Positions 17,419 to 25,911 of a DNA stretch of 32,000 nt are shown here, piece by piece; position 1 is the first letter of the stretch; each line of letters begins with the position of its first letter. Source of the stretch: Propionibacterium freudenreichii subsp. freudenreichii (GTDB taxonomy: Bacteria > Actinomycetota > Actinomycetes > Propionibacteriales > Propionibacteriaceae); the NCBI RefSeq assembly GCF_000940845.1, contig NZ_CP010341.1, forward strand, positions 2,430,001 through 2,462,000, given 5' to 3'. Both the position numbers and the translations under genes were made by a program. Below the pieces are notes generated by a model that saw only the letters and a program-made list of their open reading frames with translations, was not told where the DNA came from and ran no database searches.

Positions 17419-17668
17419 AGCTTTCTCTATACTCCTGGATGGCCAGCGAGGCTTTGATCAAGGCTTCCGACACACCGCCGCAAGCAGACAGTAGATACTC
17501 CCCCAGTTCCGCTGAGACTTGCCAGCCCACGTATCCTCGCCACCAGCCAATCCCGCCCTGATTGTCGTCAAGGTCGGCCAAGATCTCATCCATGAGACGA
17601 GCCACCGAGGATGTGACCGGCTCGACTGCGCTGCGGTAGGACGTCATAGCCCCAGCGTAGAAGGACAT
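17419..17668 (-). pseudogene. N-terminal 83 codons of the IS-disrupted RNxxxH-motif ORF
   Basis: MSFYAGAMTSYRSAVEPVTSSVARLMDEILADLDDNQGGIGWWRGYVGWQVSAELGEYLLSACGGVSEALIKASLAIQEYRES, then the IS3-B terminus. The start codon choice (17668) is uncertain. Confidence 0.55.
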
Positions 17669-17672
17669 CGCC

Positions 17673-17834
17673 GTGATGCCCGGCGTTGTCGTCGCGGTCC
17701 TGTGGGCACTCATTGCCCTGATCCTGTTCCTGGTCGGGCGCAGCCAGATCAAGCAAGTGAAGGGCGTCCCGCAGACCGTGGACACCCTGAAAGAGATCCC
17801 CGAAACGCTGAAGAGAAATGAGGAGAACCGATGA
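17673..17834 (+). pseudogene. Probable C-terminal fragment of an actinobacterial holin-X-type small membrane protein
   Basis: 53 codons: VMPGVVVAVLWALIALILFLVGRSQIKQVKGVPQTVDTLKEIPETLKRNEENR. ATGA overlap with the DUF3618-like gene. Homologues that I recall are about 130 aa with further N-terminal TM segments. Confidence 0.4.
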
Positions 17835-18394
17835 GCGATTCACCCGACGAGATCCGCGCCGACATCGAGCGGACCCGCCACGACCTCGGCAGGGACGTGG
17901 ACGCCCTGGCCGATGAGGTCTCCCCGTCGAAGATCGTGGACCGACAGGTCGACAAGGTCCGTGGCGCCTTCACCTCCGTCCGGGAGCGTGTGATGGGCGC
18001 AGCGGATGACGCCGGCTCGTCGCTGACGGATGCGGGCTCTCACGCCGGAGATCTGAAGGACCGCGCGGTCGCCAAAGCAGAAGGGAACCCGCTGGCGGTC
18101 GGACTGATCGCGTTCGGTGCCGGCCTGCTCGCGGCGTCGCTGATCCCCGCGTCATCGAAGGAGAAGGACCTCGCTGCAACCGTGAAGGAGCAGGCGCAGC
18201 CGCTGGTTGACGAGGTCACCGATGCTGCGAAAGAAATCGGCGAGCATCTGAAGGAGCCTCTGCAGGCGTCGGTCGAATCCGTGAAGTCGTCGGCACAGGA
18301 CTCCGTCGCCACAGTCAAGGACGAAGCCCAGGGCGCGGCCAGCGACGTGAAAGACCAGGCTCAGCACGCTCGCGATAACATCTCCGACAGCTGA
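17831..18394 (+). CDS. DUF3618-like protein (stress-associated; one central TM)
   Basis: N-terminus MSDSPDEIRADIERTRHDLGRDVDALADEVSPSKIV is typical of DUF3618. Central hydrophobic segment NPLAVGLIAFGAGLLAASLIP. Confidence 0.8.
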   Translation: MSDSPDEIRADIERTRHDLGRDVDALADEVSPSKIVDRQVDKVRGAFTSVRERVMGAADDAGSSLTDAGSHAGDLKDRAVAKAEGNPLAVGLIAFGAGLLAASLIPASSKEKDLAATVKEQAQPLVDEVTDAAKEIGEHLKEPLQASVESVKSSAQDSVATVKDEAQGAASDVKDQAQHARDNISDS

Positions 18395-18407
18395 ACCCGC
18401 ACGAATC

Positions 18408-18437
18408 GGGCGGGCCCGTCACACGACGGGCCCGCCC
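18408..18437 (+). terminator. Perfect 13-bp GC-rich hairpin after the DUF3618-like gene
   Basis: gggcgggcccgtc acac gacgggcccgccc. No U-tract (I-shaped, as is common in actinobacteria). Confidence 0.5.
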
Positions 18438-18456
18438 CTTCACGAAGGAGCCTGCA

Positions 18457-19551
18457 ATGACCAGCACAGCCCCCTCCACCCCGCGCAACGCCCCAGACCC
18501 CGAAGCATCAGGCAAGCCCGATTCCCCAGACGATCTGCACAAGAGGTCCTGGAAATACGTACTGCGGAAGACGATTCGCGAGTTTTCCTCGGACCAGTGC
18601 ACCGACATCGCCGCCTCCCTGACGTATTACGCGGTGCTGTCGCTCTTCCCGTGCCTGATTGCAATCTTCTCGCTACTGGGTGTCGTCGGGCAGGGAAAAG
18701 CCGCCAGCGACGCGGTGCTGGGAATCATCGAGCAGGTCGCTCCCGGCGACACGGTCGACACAATCCGCGGACCGATCGAGCAGATCGCCGAGTCCCCGGG
18801 TGCCGGGTTCGCCCTCATCACCGGCATCCTGCTGGCCATCTGGTCAGCATCCGGATACGTGGGAGCGTTCAGCCGTGCGATGAACCGGATCTACGAGATC
18901 GAGGAGGGGCGGCCGTTCTGGAAGCTGAAGCCCGCCCAGCTGCTGGTCACCGTCATCACCATCGTGCTGCTCGTCATCGCCGCGATCATTCTTGTCGTCT
19001 CCGGCGACGTCACCAAAGCGATCGGCGACGCCCTCGGCATTGGCGACGTACCCCAGACGATCTGGTCCATCGCCAAGTGGCCGTTGCTCATATTCATCGC
19101 GGTGTTGGTCGTCGCCATCCTCTACTACGCCACCCCAAACGCGAAGCAGCCAAAATTCCGGTGGATCAGCATGGGCGCCCTGCTAGCAATCATCGTGCTC
19201 GCACTCGCCACCGCAGCCTTCGGGTTCTACGTCGGAAACTTCTCCAACTACGACCGCACCTACGGCTCGCTCGCGGGCGTCATCATCTTCCTGCTCTGGC
19301 TGTGGATCGCGAACCTCGCGCTGCTGTTCGGCGCGGAGTTCGATGCTGAGCTCGAGCGAGGTCGCCAGCTGCAGGCGGGCATCGCCGCCGAGGAGGACAT
19401 CCAGCTACCTTCGCGCGACACCCGCAAGAGCGACAAGGCCGCCGAGAAGGAGCGGCAGGACATCGAGAAGGGCCGAGAGATCCGACAGAATGCCGACCCC
19501 GACGACACAGCCAAGGACGCGACCACCCCCGGTCCTGCCAGAGAACACTGA
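18457..19551 (+). CDS. YihY/BrkB family membrane protein
   Basis: 364 aa. ASLTYYAVLSLFP motif, six hydrophobic segments, a charged C-terminal tail. Confidence 0.9.
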   Translation: MTSTAPSTPRNAPDPEASGKPDSPDDLHKRSWKYVLRKTIREFSSDQCTDIAASLTYYAVLSLFPCLIAIFSLLGVVGQGKAASDAVLGIIEQVAPGDTVDTIRGPIEQIAESPGAGFALITGILLAIWSASGYVGAFSRAMNRIYEIEEGRPFWKLKPAQLLVTVITIVLLVIAAIILVVSGDVTKAIGDALGIGDVPQTIWSIAKWPLLIFIAVLVVAILYYATPNAKQPKFRWISMGALLAIIVLALATAAFGFYVGNFSNYDRTYGSLAGVIIFLLWLWIANLALLFGAEFDAELERGRQLQAGIAAEEDIQLPSRDTRKSDKAAEKERQDIEKGREIRQNADPDDTAKDATTPGPAREH

Positions 19552-19598
19552 CGGACGGCCTCGCTCGGGGCGCTCACGCCGCACGCGATTCTTCCCCG

Positions 19599-19817
19599 TG
19601 TCCGTCTTCGACCTCGCCCAGACTGACCCTATCGAAGGAGCCGAGCCGATCCCCGAAAACCCCGCTGACGCCCACCAGCTCAGCGGCGACGACCCCGCTG
19701 GCATCGCCGAGGCCGTGACCGACTGGCTCACCGGCCAGGGCTGGGCCATCGAGCACAACCAGCTCGGGGCCGGACTCAACGGCTACACCAGCCCCGACGA
19801 CAAGCGAATCGTGATCG
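19599..19817 (+). pseudogene. Fragment of an unknown gene (possibly from a conjugative or mobile element), cut by ISL3-C
   Basis: Open frame VSVFDLAQTDPIEG...AVTDWLTGQGWAIEHNQLGAGLNGYTSPDDKRIVIG runs into the ISL3-C terminus at 19818. The ...GxNGYT...I.I pattern recalls ArdC/ImmA-type peptidase domains (weak, from memory). Confidence 0.25.
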
Positions 19818-21131
19818 GGCTCTTCCCAGATGAGGGTGTAGGTGTGGTCTGAATCCGCCGGCTTCGAGGAGTGCGCGGGCGATGTAGTTGGTGAGGTTGC
19901 GGAAGCCGAGGGCCAGGCCACGCAGGTGCTCGAGGCGACCGTTCACGGCTTCGGTAGGTCCGTTGCTCGTGCGCGGCCGGTCGAAGTAGGCCAGGACGTC
20001 GCAGGCGCGTCTTGTCAGGGTGCGGCCGAGCTTGCGCAGTTCTACCAACGCCTCAGGCACACCCTCGGCGAGGGCGTCGATCACGGAGCTCATCTCGACG
20101 CGGCCGGCTGCCCGGTCGGGGTGACGGTAGGCGGAGATCATGCGCTGGTAGATCCCCCAGGTGCACTCGACGTGCACGTGCCGGTCCCCAGCGAAGAGCT
20201 TGTCAAGGCGCTCGTGCTGGCGGTCGGTGAGCAGGTCAGCCCCGGTGTGCAGGGTCCGCCGCGCGGTGTAGAGCGGGTCGCCCTTGCGTCCGCGGTGTCC
20301 GTGCAGTTCCTGCTGGACTCGGCGGCGGCACTCATCGAGAGCGTCCCCGGCCAACCGGATGACGTGGAAGGGATCCATAACCGTGACGGCGTCCGGCAGC
20401 TCCTCGGTGGTGGCGGTCTTGAAGCCCGCGAACCCATCCATGGCCACGACCTCGATCCCATCGCGCCAAGCCTGGTCCCGCTCGGCCAGCCAGTCCTTGA
20501 ACGCCTTCTTCGACCGACCTTCGACCACGTCCAGCAGGCGTGAGGGCCCGGTGCCGTCCCGGACCGGGGTGAGGTCGATGATCACGGTGACGTACTTGTC
20601 ACCGCGCCGGGTGTGCCGCCACACGTGCTCATCGACCCCGACGACCTTGACACCGTCCAGGCGGGTCGGGTCCTCGATGAGCAGACGCCGGCCCTCAGCC
20701 AGGACCGCGTCGTTGGCGGTGTTCCACGCCACGCCCAGTCCTTCGGCAACTCGGGCCATCGACAGGTGGCCGACGACGATCCCGACCAGACCCCACCGCA
20801 GGCCGGCGCGGGAGATCTTGGCCCGCGGCGGCGCCGCAGCGGTGGTGTCCTGACGCCACACGTGCGAGCACTCCTTGCAGCGGTAGCGGCGCACGGTGAG
20901 CACCAGCGTGGTAGGGCGCCACCCGAACGGCTCGTGCGCCAACTCCCTGCTCACCGTGTCACGGGGCACGCCCTGGCAGCCGCACCGCCTGCACCAGTCG
21001 TCCGGCTCCACGACCCGGCACGCCAGCACGGACCGGTCAGGCTCGAGCAGCTGGCCGGTGACCTCCAGACCGAGGCCGTCGAGGCGGGTGAAGGTAGTCA
21101 GGTCAGGGCGCGTGAAGGTAGCGTCAGGCAC
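19776..21131 (-). CDS. ISL3 family transposase (paralogue of copy A)
   Basis: 451 aa, colinear with the copy A transposase. The last 13 residues are encoded outside the element because the in-repeat stop is missing. Confidence 0.9.
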   Translation of the reverse strand: MPDATFTRPDLTTFTRLDGLGLEVTGQLLEPDRSVLACRVVEPDDWCRRCGCQGVPRDTVSRELAHEPFGWRPTTLVLTVRRYRCKECSHVWRQDTTAAAPPRAKISRAGLRWGLVGIVVGHLSMARVAEGLGVAWNTANDAVLAEGRRLLIEDPTRLDGVKVVGVDEHVWRHTRRGDKYVTVIIDLTPVRDGTGPSRLLDVVEGRSKKAFKDWLAERDQAWRDGIEVVAMDGFAGFKTATTEELPDAVTVMDPFHVIRLAGDALDECRRRVQQELHGHRGRKGDPLYTARRTLHTGADLLTDRQHERLDKLFAGDRHVHVECTWGIYQRMISAYRHPDRAAGRVEMSSVIDALAEGVPEALVELRKLGRTLTRRACDVLAYFDRPRTSNGPTEAVNGRLEHLRGLALGFRNLTNYIARALLEAGGFRPHLHPHLGRARSRFACRRGWCSR

Positions 21132-21252
21132 GTCGAGGTCTTCCGGACGGGTTGTGTGAGAACTCCCATCATCGGAAGACCTCGACCCTCACCCCGACAC
21201 CGACGCGCCGCCCCAGGTCGCACCACAGCTACACCCTCATCTGTGAAGAGCC
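19818..21252 (-). mobile_element. ISL3-family insertion sequence, copy C (1435 bp)
   Basis: Terminal repeats ggctcttcccagatgagggtgtag (19818) and ctacaccctcatctgtgaagagcc (ends 21252). Confidence 0.9.
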
Positions 21253-21886
21253 GGTTTTCCAGTGAACCCCCGTACTCGTCCGTCCGGTGGTTGTCGAGTG
21301 GTGACAGGAACTGGTTCACCAGGTACCCGTGAGCTCCGTGAATCTCCACTCCGGTGAATCCGGCGTCCCTCGCGATGACTGCGGTGCGTGCGAACCGACC
21401 GACAATCGCTTCAATTTCGCCACGGGACAGCTCGCGGGGCATGGAGAAGAAGCGTTCGTACTTGCCACCGAATCCGATGGCACTGGGAGCTACCGGATGC
21501 TGGTTGATGGTGCGGGGCGACTGCTTGCCGGGATGGTTGATCTGCATCCACAGGGCCGCACCATTCTCGGTACCGGCCTGCGCCCACTGGCGCAGCATGT
21601 CCATATCCGTCTCGTCCTCGACGGCGACATTGCCGGGCTCGCCCAATTGCCGCGGATCGACCATCACATTTCCAGTGAGCAACAGCCCGGTGCCGCCGCT
21701 CGCCCAATGCCGATAGAGGTTCACGAGCGGCTCGGTTGGGTGCGCACCGCGATCGCCCAGGGCCTCGTTCATGGCGCCCTTGAGGATGCGATTCTTGATC
21801 ACGGCACCCGAGGGCAGCGTCAGGGGATCAGCCAGGGTGGCCTGCCTGGTCGCCAGGATGTCGGCGGATGCATGGTTCGAGCTCAT
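21253..21886 (-). pseudogene. Old Yellow Enzyme-family NADH:flavin oxidoreductase, N-terminal 211 codons; 3' part removed by ISL3-C
   Basis: LKNRILKGAMNE, QINHPGKQS, GFTGVEIHGAHGYLVNQFLSPLDNHRTDEYGGSLENR, then the IS terminus. Confidence 0.85.
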
Positions 21887-21955
21887 GGCTCACCTTCTCG
21901 GAGTAGATGTTTGTGCGTAGAAACGTTTATACCCTTTGACATATGGCACGCTAGC

Positions 21956-23048
21956 TGTACTTCCCCGGGAGGTTGTGAACGGGTGAGGTAGCGAAGACCT
22001 CCGGGCAGGATGTGGGTTACCACACTCACTCTCCTGACCACGGAGGTCTTCGTGACTCACGCTAACGCACCCTTGACACCGGAAGGGCGTCGTCGTCTTG
22101 CTGTTCTCGTCGTGGAACAGGGCTGGTCGTTGCGGCGGGCGGCGGAACGGTTCCAGTGCTCGCCCGCGACGGTGAAGCGGTGGGCCGACAGGTACCGGGC
22201 AGGGCTGCCGTTGATCGACCGTAGTTCGAGGCCCACCTCGTCACCGAACCGGCTTTCGCGTAAGACGGAGCATCGGATCGTCGCGTTGCGGTTCACTCGC
22301 CGGTGGGGTCCGCACCGGATCGCGTATCACCTGCGGTTGCACCGTTCCACGGTCGGTCGGGTGCTCGCCCGATACAAGATGCCGAAGCTGATCAACATCG
22401 ACCAGGCCACCGGGCTGCCGGTTCGCCGCCCGAAGCCGAAACGGTACGAGGTCGCCGCGCCGGGCCAGCTCGTGCACGTAGATATCAAGAAACAAGGCCG
22501 GATCCCCGACGGCGGCGGGTGGCGTGCCCACGGTCGCGGATCCATGCAGGACCGTCACGCGGGAGTGGCCCGCGACAAGGCAGCCCGTGCCGGGGCAGCC
22601 GGCTCTCGCGGCTACCGGTATCTGCACCACGCCGTGGACGACCACTCCCGGATCGCGTACTCAGAGATCCTTGACGACGAGCGCAAAGAGACCGCAGCGG
22701 GGTTCTGGACCCGCGCGAACGCGTTCTTCGCAGGCCTGGGCGTCACAGTCACCGCGGTGATGACCGACAACGGTTCCTGCTACCGGTCAGGCGCCTTCGC
22801 TGACGCGCTCGGCGACGAGGTGAAGCACAAGTGGACCCGGCCATACCGGCCGCAGACCAACGGCAAGGTCGAGCGGTTCAACCGAACCCTCGCCGTCGAG
22901 TGGGCCTACGCGAAGCCCTACGCCAGCGAAGCCGAGCGCGCCGCAGCCTACGAGACCTGGCTCCATCACTACAATCACCACAGACCCCACACCGGGATCG
23001 GCGGCCAGACTCCCTCAGCCCGCGTTCACAACGTCACGGGGAAGTACA
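21956..23048 (+). mobile_element. IS481-family insertion sequence (1093 bp)
   Basis: Terminal repeats tgtacttccccg (21956) and cggggaagtaca (ends 23048). 6-bp direct repeats GCTAGC at 21950-21955 and 23049-23054. Confidence 0.9.
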
Positions 23049-23053
23049 GCTAG
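22052..23053 (+). CDS. IS481 family transposase
   Basis: GTG at 22052 after cggagg. THANAPLTPEGRRRLAVLV, HVDIKK, MTDNGSCY and RPQTNGKVERFNRTL. The stop TAG lies in the duplicated target. Confidence 0.9.
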   Translation: MTHANAPLTPEGRRRLAVLVVEQGWSLRRAAERFQCSPATVKRWADRYRAGLPLIDRSSRPTSSPNRLSRKTEHRIVALRFTRRWGPHRIAYHLRLHRSTVGRVLARYKMPKLINIDQATGLPVRRPKPKRYEVAAPGQLVHVDIKKQGRIPDGGGWRAHGRGSMQDRHAGVARDKAARAGAAGSRGYRYLHHAVDDHSRIAYSEILDDERKETAAGFWTRANAFFAGLGVTVTAVMTDNGSCYRSGAFADALGDEVKHKWTRPYRPQTNGKVERFNRTLAVEWAYAKPYASEAERAAAYETWLHHYNHHRPHTGIGGQTPSARVHNVTGKYS

Positions 23054-23268
23054 CACGACCCACATGATGAGGAAAGAGCCCAGTTACCAAGGCAGTGACG
23101 CCAACGCCCGCGGGGTACCGCGGGTAGTACGGATGTCGCCCAGGCGAGACCTCGGCGCGGTACGAATCGGCGGCGTTTGGACGGCCCACTCGCGAACCGC
23201 CACAGCCCGGAACGATGATCCAGTAGGGCCAGAACTCGTCGAGGGTGACGCTCGGGCGGTACCCGTCT

Positions 23269-23868
23269 TCAGTGGAACAGCGGCACGCCCGCGGCCTCGG
23301 CGGCCTCCCGATAGTCACGGCCCAGCGACTCCACGGTTTCGTGGGCGTTCAGCCCGCTGGGGTTGGGCAGCGCAAAGACGTGGGCGCTGCTCCCGGTGCC
23401 GTCGCCCCAATCAAGGCGCAGCGCCTGTTCACCGACCTTGGCATGCCGGTCCCCGGTGGCCACCCGGTAGGCACCGATGCCCAGGAAGGCCACCACCTTC
23501 GGGTGATAGCGACGCACCATCTCACGGATGCGCGCCAGCCCGTCAACGAACTGCTGGTTGTCCAGCTCATCGGCCTTCGTCGTGGCCTCGCGCGCCAGGT
23601 TCGAGATGCCGACACCGCCACGCTCCAGCTCCGACAGCCCCTCGGGCGGGTACCCGTGGGAGGCGTCGATCACGTGTGAGGTGATGCCGGCCGCAGCCAG
23701 CGCCGGATAGAAGCGGTTGCCCGGATGGGCGAAGTGGACGCCCACCCCGGCACTCCACAGGCTCGGGTTGATGCCCACGAACAGCAGGCGCAACGGCTCC
23801 GGCAACAGGTCGGGCACCGTCTGGTGACGAAAGGCCTGCAGCTCGGCGCGGGTGAATCCCTTCGCCAT
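23269..23868 (-). CDS. mug: G/U mismatch-specific DNA glycosylase (UDG family 2)
   Basis: LLFVGINPSLWS and ALPNPSGLN motifs. 199 aa. Confidence 0.85.
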   Translation of the reverse strand: MAKGFTRAELQAFRHQTVPDLLPEPLRLLFVGINPSLWSAGVGVHFAHPGNRFYPALAAAGITSHVIDASHGYPPEGLSELERGGVGISNLAREATTKADELDNQQFVDGLARIREMVRRYHPKVVAFLGIGAYRVATGDRHAKVGEQALRLDWGDGTGSSAHVFALPNPSGLNAHETVESLGRDYREAAEAAGVPLFH

Positions 23869-23871
23869 GGC

Positions 23872-24876
23872 TCAGCCCCGCTCCCCCAACGTCGCGACCA
23901 TCACGGCCTTGATGGTGTGCATCCGGTTCTCGGCCTCGTCGAAGATCACGTCGGCGTTCGCCTCGAAGACGTCGTCGGTGATCTCCAGGTCGTCCATGCC
24001 GGTGAGCTCGTAGATCTCGCGGCCGATCGCGGTGCCCAGGTTGTGGTAGGCGGGCAGGCAGTGCAGCACCTGGACCTTCGGATTGCCGGTGCGAGCCAGC
24101 AGGGCGGAGTTCACCTGATAGGGCCTGAGCAGGTCGATGCGCTCGGCCCAGGCCTCCTTCGGCTCGCCCATCGACACCCACACGTCGGTGGAGACGAAGT
24201 CGACGCCCTCCACCGCATTCGGATCGTCGGTGACGGTGAGCCGCGCGCCGGTCGTCGCGGCGATCTCGTTGGCGGTGGCGATCACCTCGGCACTGTTCTG
24301 CAGCTCCTTGGGCGCGATGATGCGCATGTCCATGCCGGACAGCGCGCCCGACACCAGGTGCGAATTGCCCTCGTTGAAGCGCGCATCGCCCACGTAGGCC
24401 ACCGACACCTCGCGCAGCGGCTTGGTGGACCGTTCGGTCATGGTGAGCTGGTCGGCCAGCATCTGGGTGGGATGCCATTCATCGGTGAGCCCGTTCCACA
24501 CCGGCACCCCGGCGTAGTCGGCCAGCGTCTGCACGCGGCTCTGGCCGAAGCCGCGGTATTCGATGCCGTCGAACATGCGTCCCAGTACGCGGGCGGTGTC
24601 CTCCACCGACTCCTTGTGCCCCAGCTGCGAACCCGACGGGTCGAGGTAGGTCACGTGGGCACCCTGGTCGTGGGCGCCCACCTCGAAGGAACAGCGCGTG
24701 CGCGTGGACGTCTTCTCAAAGATCAGGGCGATGTTCTTGCCCACCATCGTGGGACGCTCGGTGCCCGACTTCTTCGCCGCCTTCAGCTCGGCGGCCAGGC
24801 GCAGGAACTCGGCCCACTGCTCCGGGGTGAAATCGGCTTCCTTCAGGAAGTTGCGACCCGACAGATCTACCGCCAT
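23872..24876 (-). CDS. argF: Ornithine carbamoyltransferase (anabolic versus catabolic type not resolvable here)
   Basis: 334 aa. [21 protein letters not shown] and HCLPAYH. GGAGGA RBS. Confidence 0.95.
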   Translation of the reverse strand: MAVDLSGRNFLKEADFTPEQWAEFLRLAAELKAAKKSGTERPTMVGKNIALIFEKTSTRTRCSFEVGAHDQGAHVTYLDPSGSQLGHKESVEDTARVLGRMFDGIEYRGFGQSRVQTLADYAGVPVWNGLTDEWHPTQMLADQLTMTERSTKPLREVSVAYVGDARFNEGNSHLVSGALSGMDMRIIAPKELQNSAEVIATANEIAATTGARLTVTDDPNAVEGVDFVSTDVWVSMGEPKEAWAERIDLLRPYQVNSALLARTGNPKVQVLHCLPAYHNLGTAIGREIYELTGMDDLEITDDVFEANADVIFDEAENRMHTIKAVMVATLGERG

Positions 24877-25014
24877 GTGATCCTCCGTTGACGAACTGGT
24901 CTCCAGACTATCGGGCACCACCCCCACGCCCGGCGATCGCCCGGGGGTCGATTGGGGGACGCCGCGGGTGCCGCAGCCTTGATTGCCGGGCGCCCGGCAC
25001 GGCAGGCTGGGGGC

Positions 25015-25395
25015 ATGCTCTGGCGCACAGTGGTGAATGCGGCGGCGGTGGGCGTTGCCACCTGGCTGCTGCCCGGAATCAGCTTCATCGGCAACGACAC
25101 CACGGGGCAGCGCGCCCTGACCCTGGCGATCGTGGCCATTGTGATCGGCCTGCTGAACGCCTTCGTCAAGCCGGTGTTGACCCTTGTCAGCAGCTGTTTC
25201 GTGGTGATCACGCTGGGGCTCTTCCTGTGGGTGATCAATGCGGCGGTGCTGATGTTCGCCAGCTGGCTGTGCGGTGCCATGGGCGTCGGCTGGCATGTGG
25301 CCGGCTGGGGCTCGGCCTTCGTCGGCGCGCTCATCGTGTCGGTGGTGGCGATGCTGCTCGGCGGCAACCGCGACAACTACGGGGGCCGGAATTGA
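25015..25395 (+). CDS. Four-TM membrane protein of the phage-holin-4-like family
   Basis: [22 protein letters not shown]... with four hydrophobic segments. The longer ORF-track start at 24952 is probably upstream of the true start. Confidence 0.7.
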   Translation: MLWRTVVNAAAVGVATWLLPGISFIGNDTTGQRALTLAIVAIVIGLLNAFVKPVLTLVSSCFVVITLGLFLWVINAAVLMFASWLCGAMGVGWHVAGWGSAFVGALIVSVVAMLLGGNRDNYGGRN

Positions 25396-25856
25396 GCGCG
25401 TTCGACCTGCTGTTCGTCTGCCTGGGCAATATCTGTCGCTCCACGATGGCCGAGCAGGTGGCCCGCGCACAGGCCGCTGACCGGGCGCTGGGGCTGCGCA
25501 TCGATTCCGCCGGCGTGAGCGATTGGGAGCGCGGCAATCCCCTCGACCCGCGTGCTGCGAAATGCCTGAGCGCCCACGGCTATCCGGTGGGCGATCACCG
25601 GGCCCACCTGGTGACCGATGCCGAGCTCGGCTCCGGCCTGATCATCGGCATGGAGCGCTCGCACCTGGACGACCTGGCGTCGATGGGCGCCCCCGGCGAC
25701 CGGCTGGCGCTGATCACCGACTTCGTGCCCGGCGACCACGCCGACGGCCTGCCCGATCCCTGGTACGGCGATATGTCCGACTTCGAGTTCACGCTGAAGG
25801 TGATCGAGGCGGCGATGCCCGCCATCCTGGATGACGCCGCCTCGCTGCGTCGATAA
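25392..25856 (+). CDS. Low-molecular-weight protein tyrosine phosphatase
   Basis: CLGNICRS (C-X5-R-S) P-loop and DPWYG D-loop. The TTG start overlaps the upstream stop (TTGA). Confidence 0.9.
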   Translation: MSAFDLLFVCLGNICRSTMAEQVARAQAADRALGLRIDSAGVSDWERGNPLDPRAAKCLSAHGYPVGDHRAHLVTDAELGSGLIIGMERSHLDDLASMGAPGDRLALITDFVPGDHADGLPDPWYGDMSDFEFTLKVIEAAMPAILDDAASLRR

Positions 25857-25911
25857 GTGGGATCCGCGGGTGAGGGAGGCCTTCGGGGGCGGCGCTGAGT
25901 AGGCTGACGCC

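Noticed and set aside
23108-23125. Small hairpin cccgcgg-ggta-ccgcggg as the mug terminator
   Set aside because: The stem is only 7 bp, it lies about 145 nt from the mug stop, and there is no U-tract. This is not distinguishable from chance in GC-rich DNA.
23034-23318. 94-aa minus-strand ORF that crosses the IS481 junction and, after IS removal, would extend to about 21897
   Set aside because: It starts inside mug, its codon bias decays along its length, the rebuilt ORF would run over the RBS of the OYE gene, and no motif is recognisable. It is more likely non-coding spacer.
23567-24891. ORFs 23725-24891 (+, 388 aa) and 23567-24478 (-, 303 aa) overlapping the OTCase and mug genes
   Set aside because: Low-complexity Arg/Gly/His-rich translations. 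The OTCase and Mug frames carry canonical catalytic motifs.
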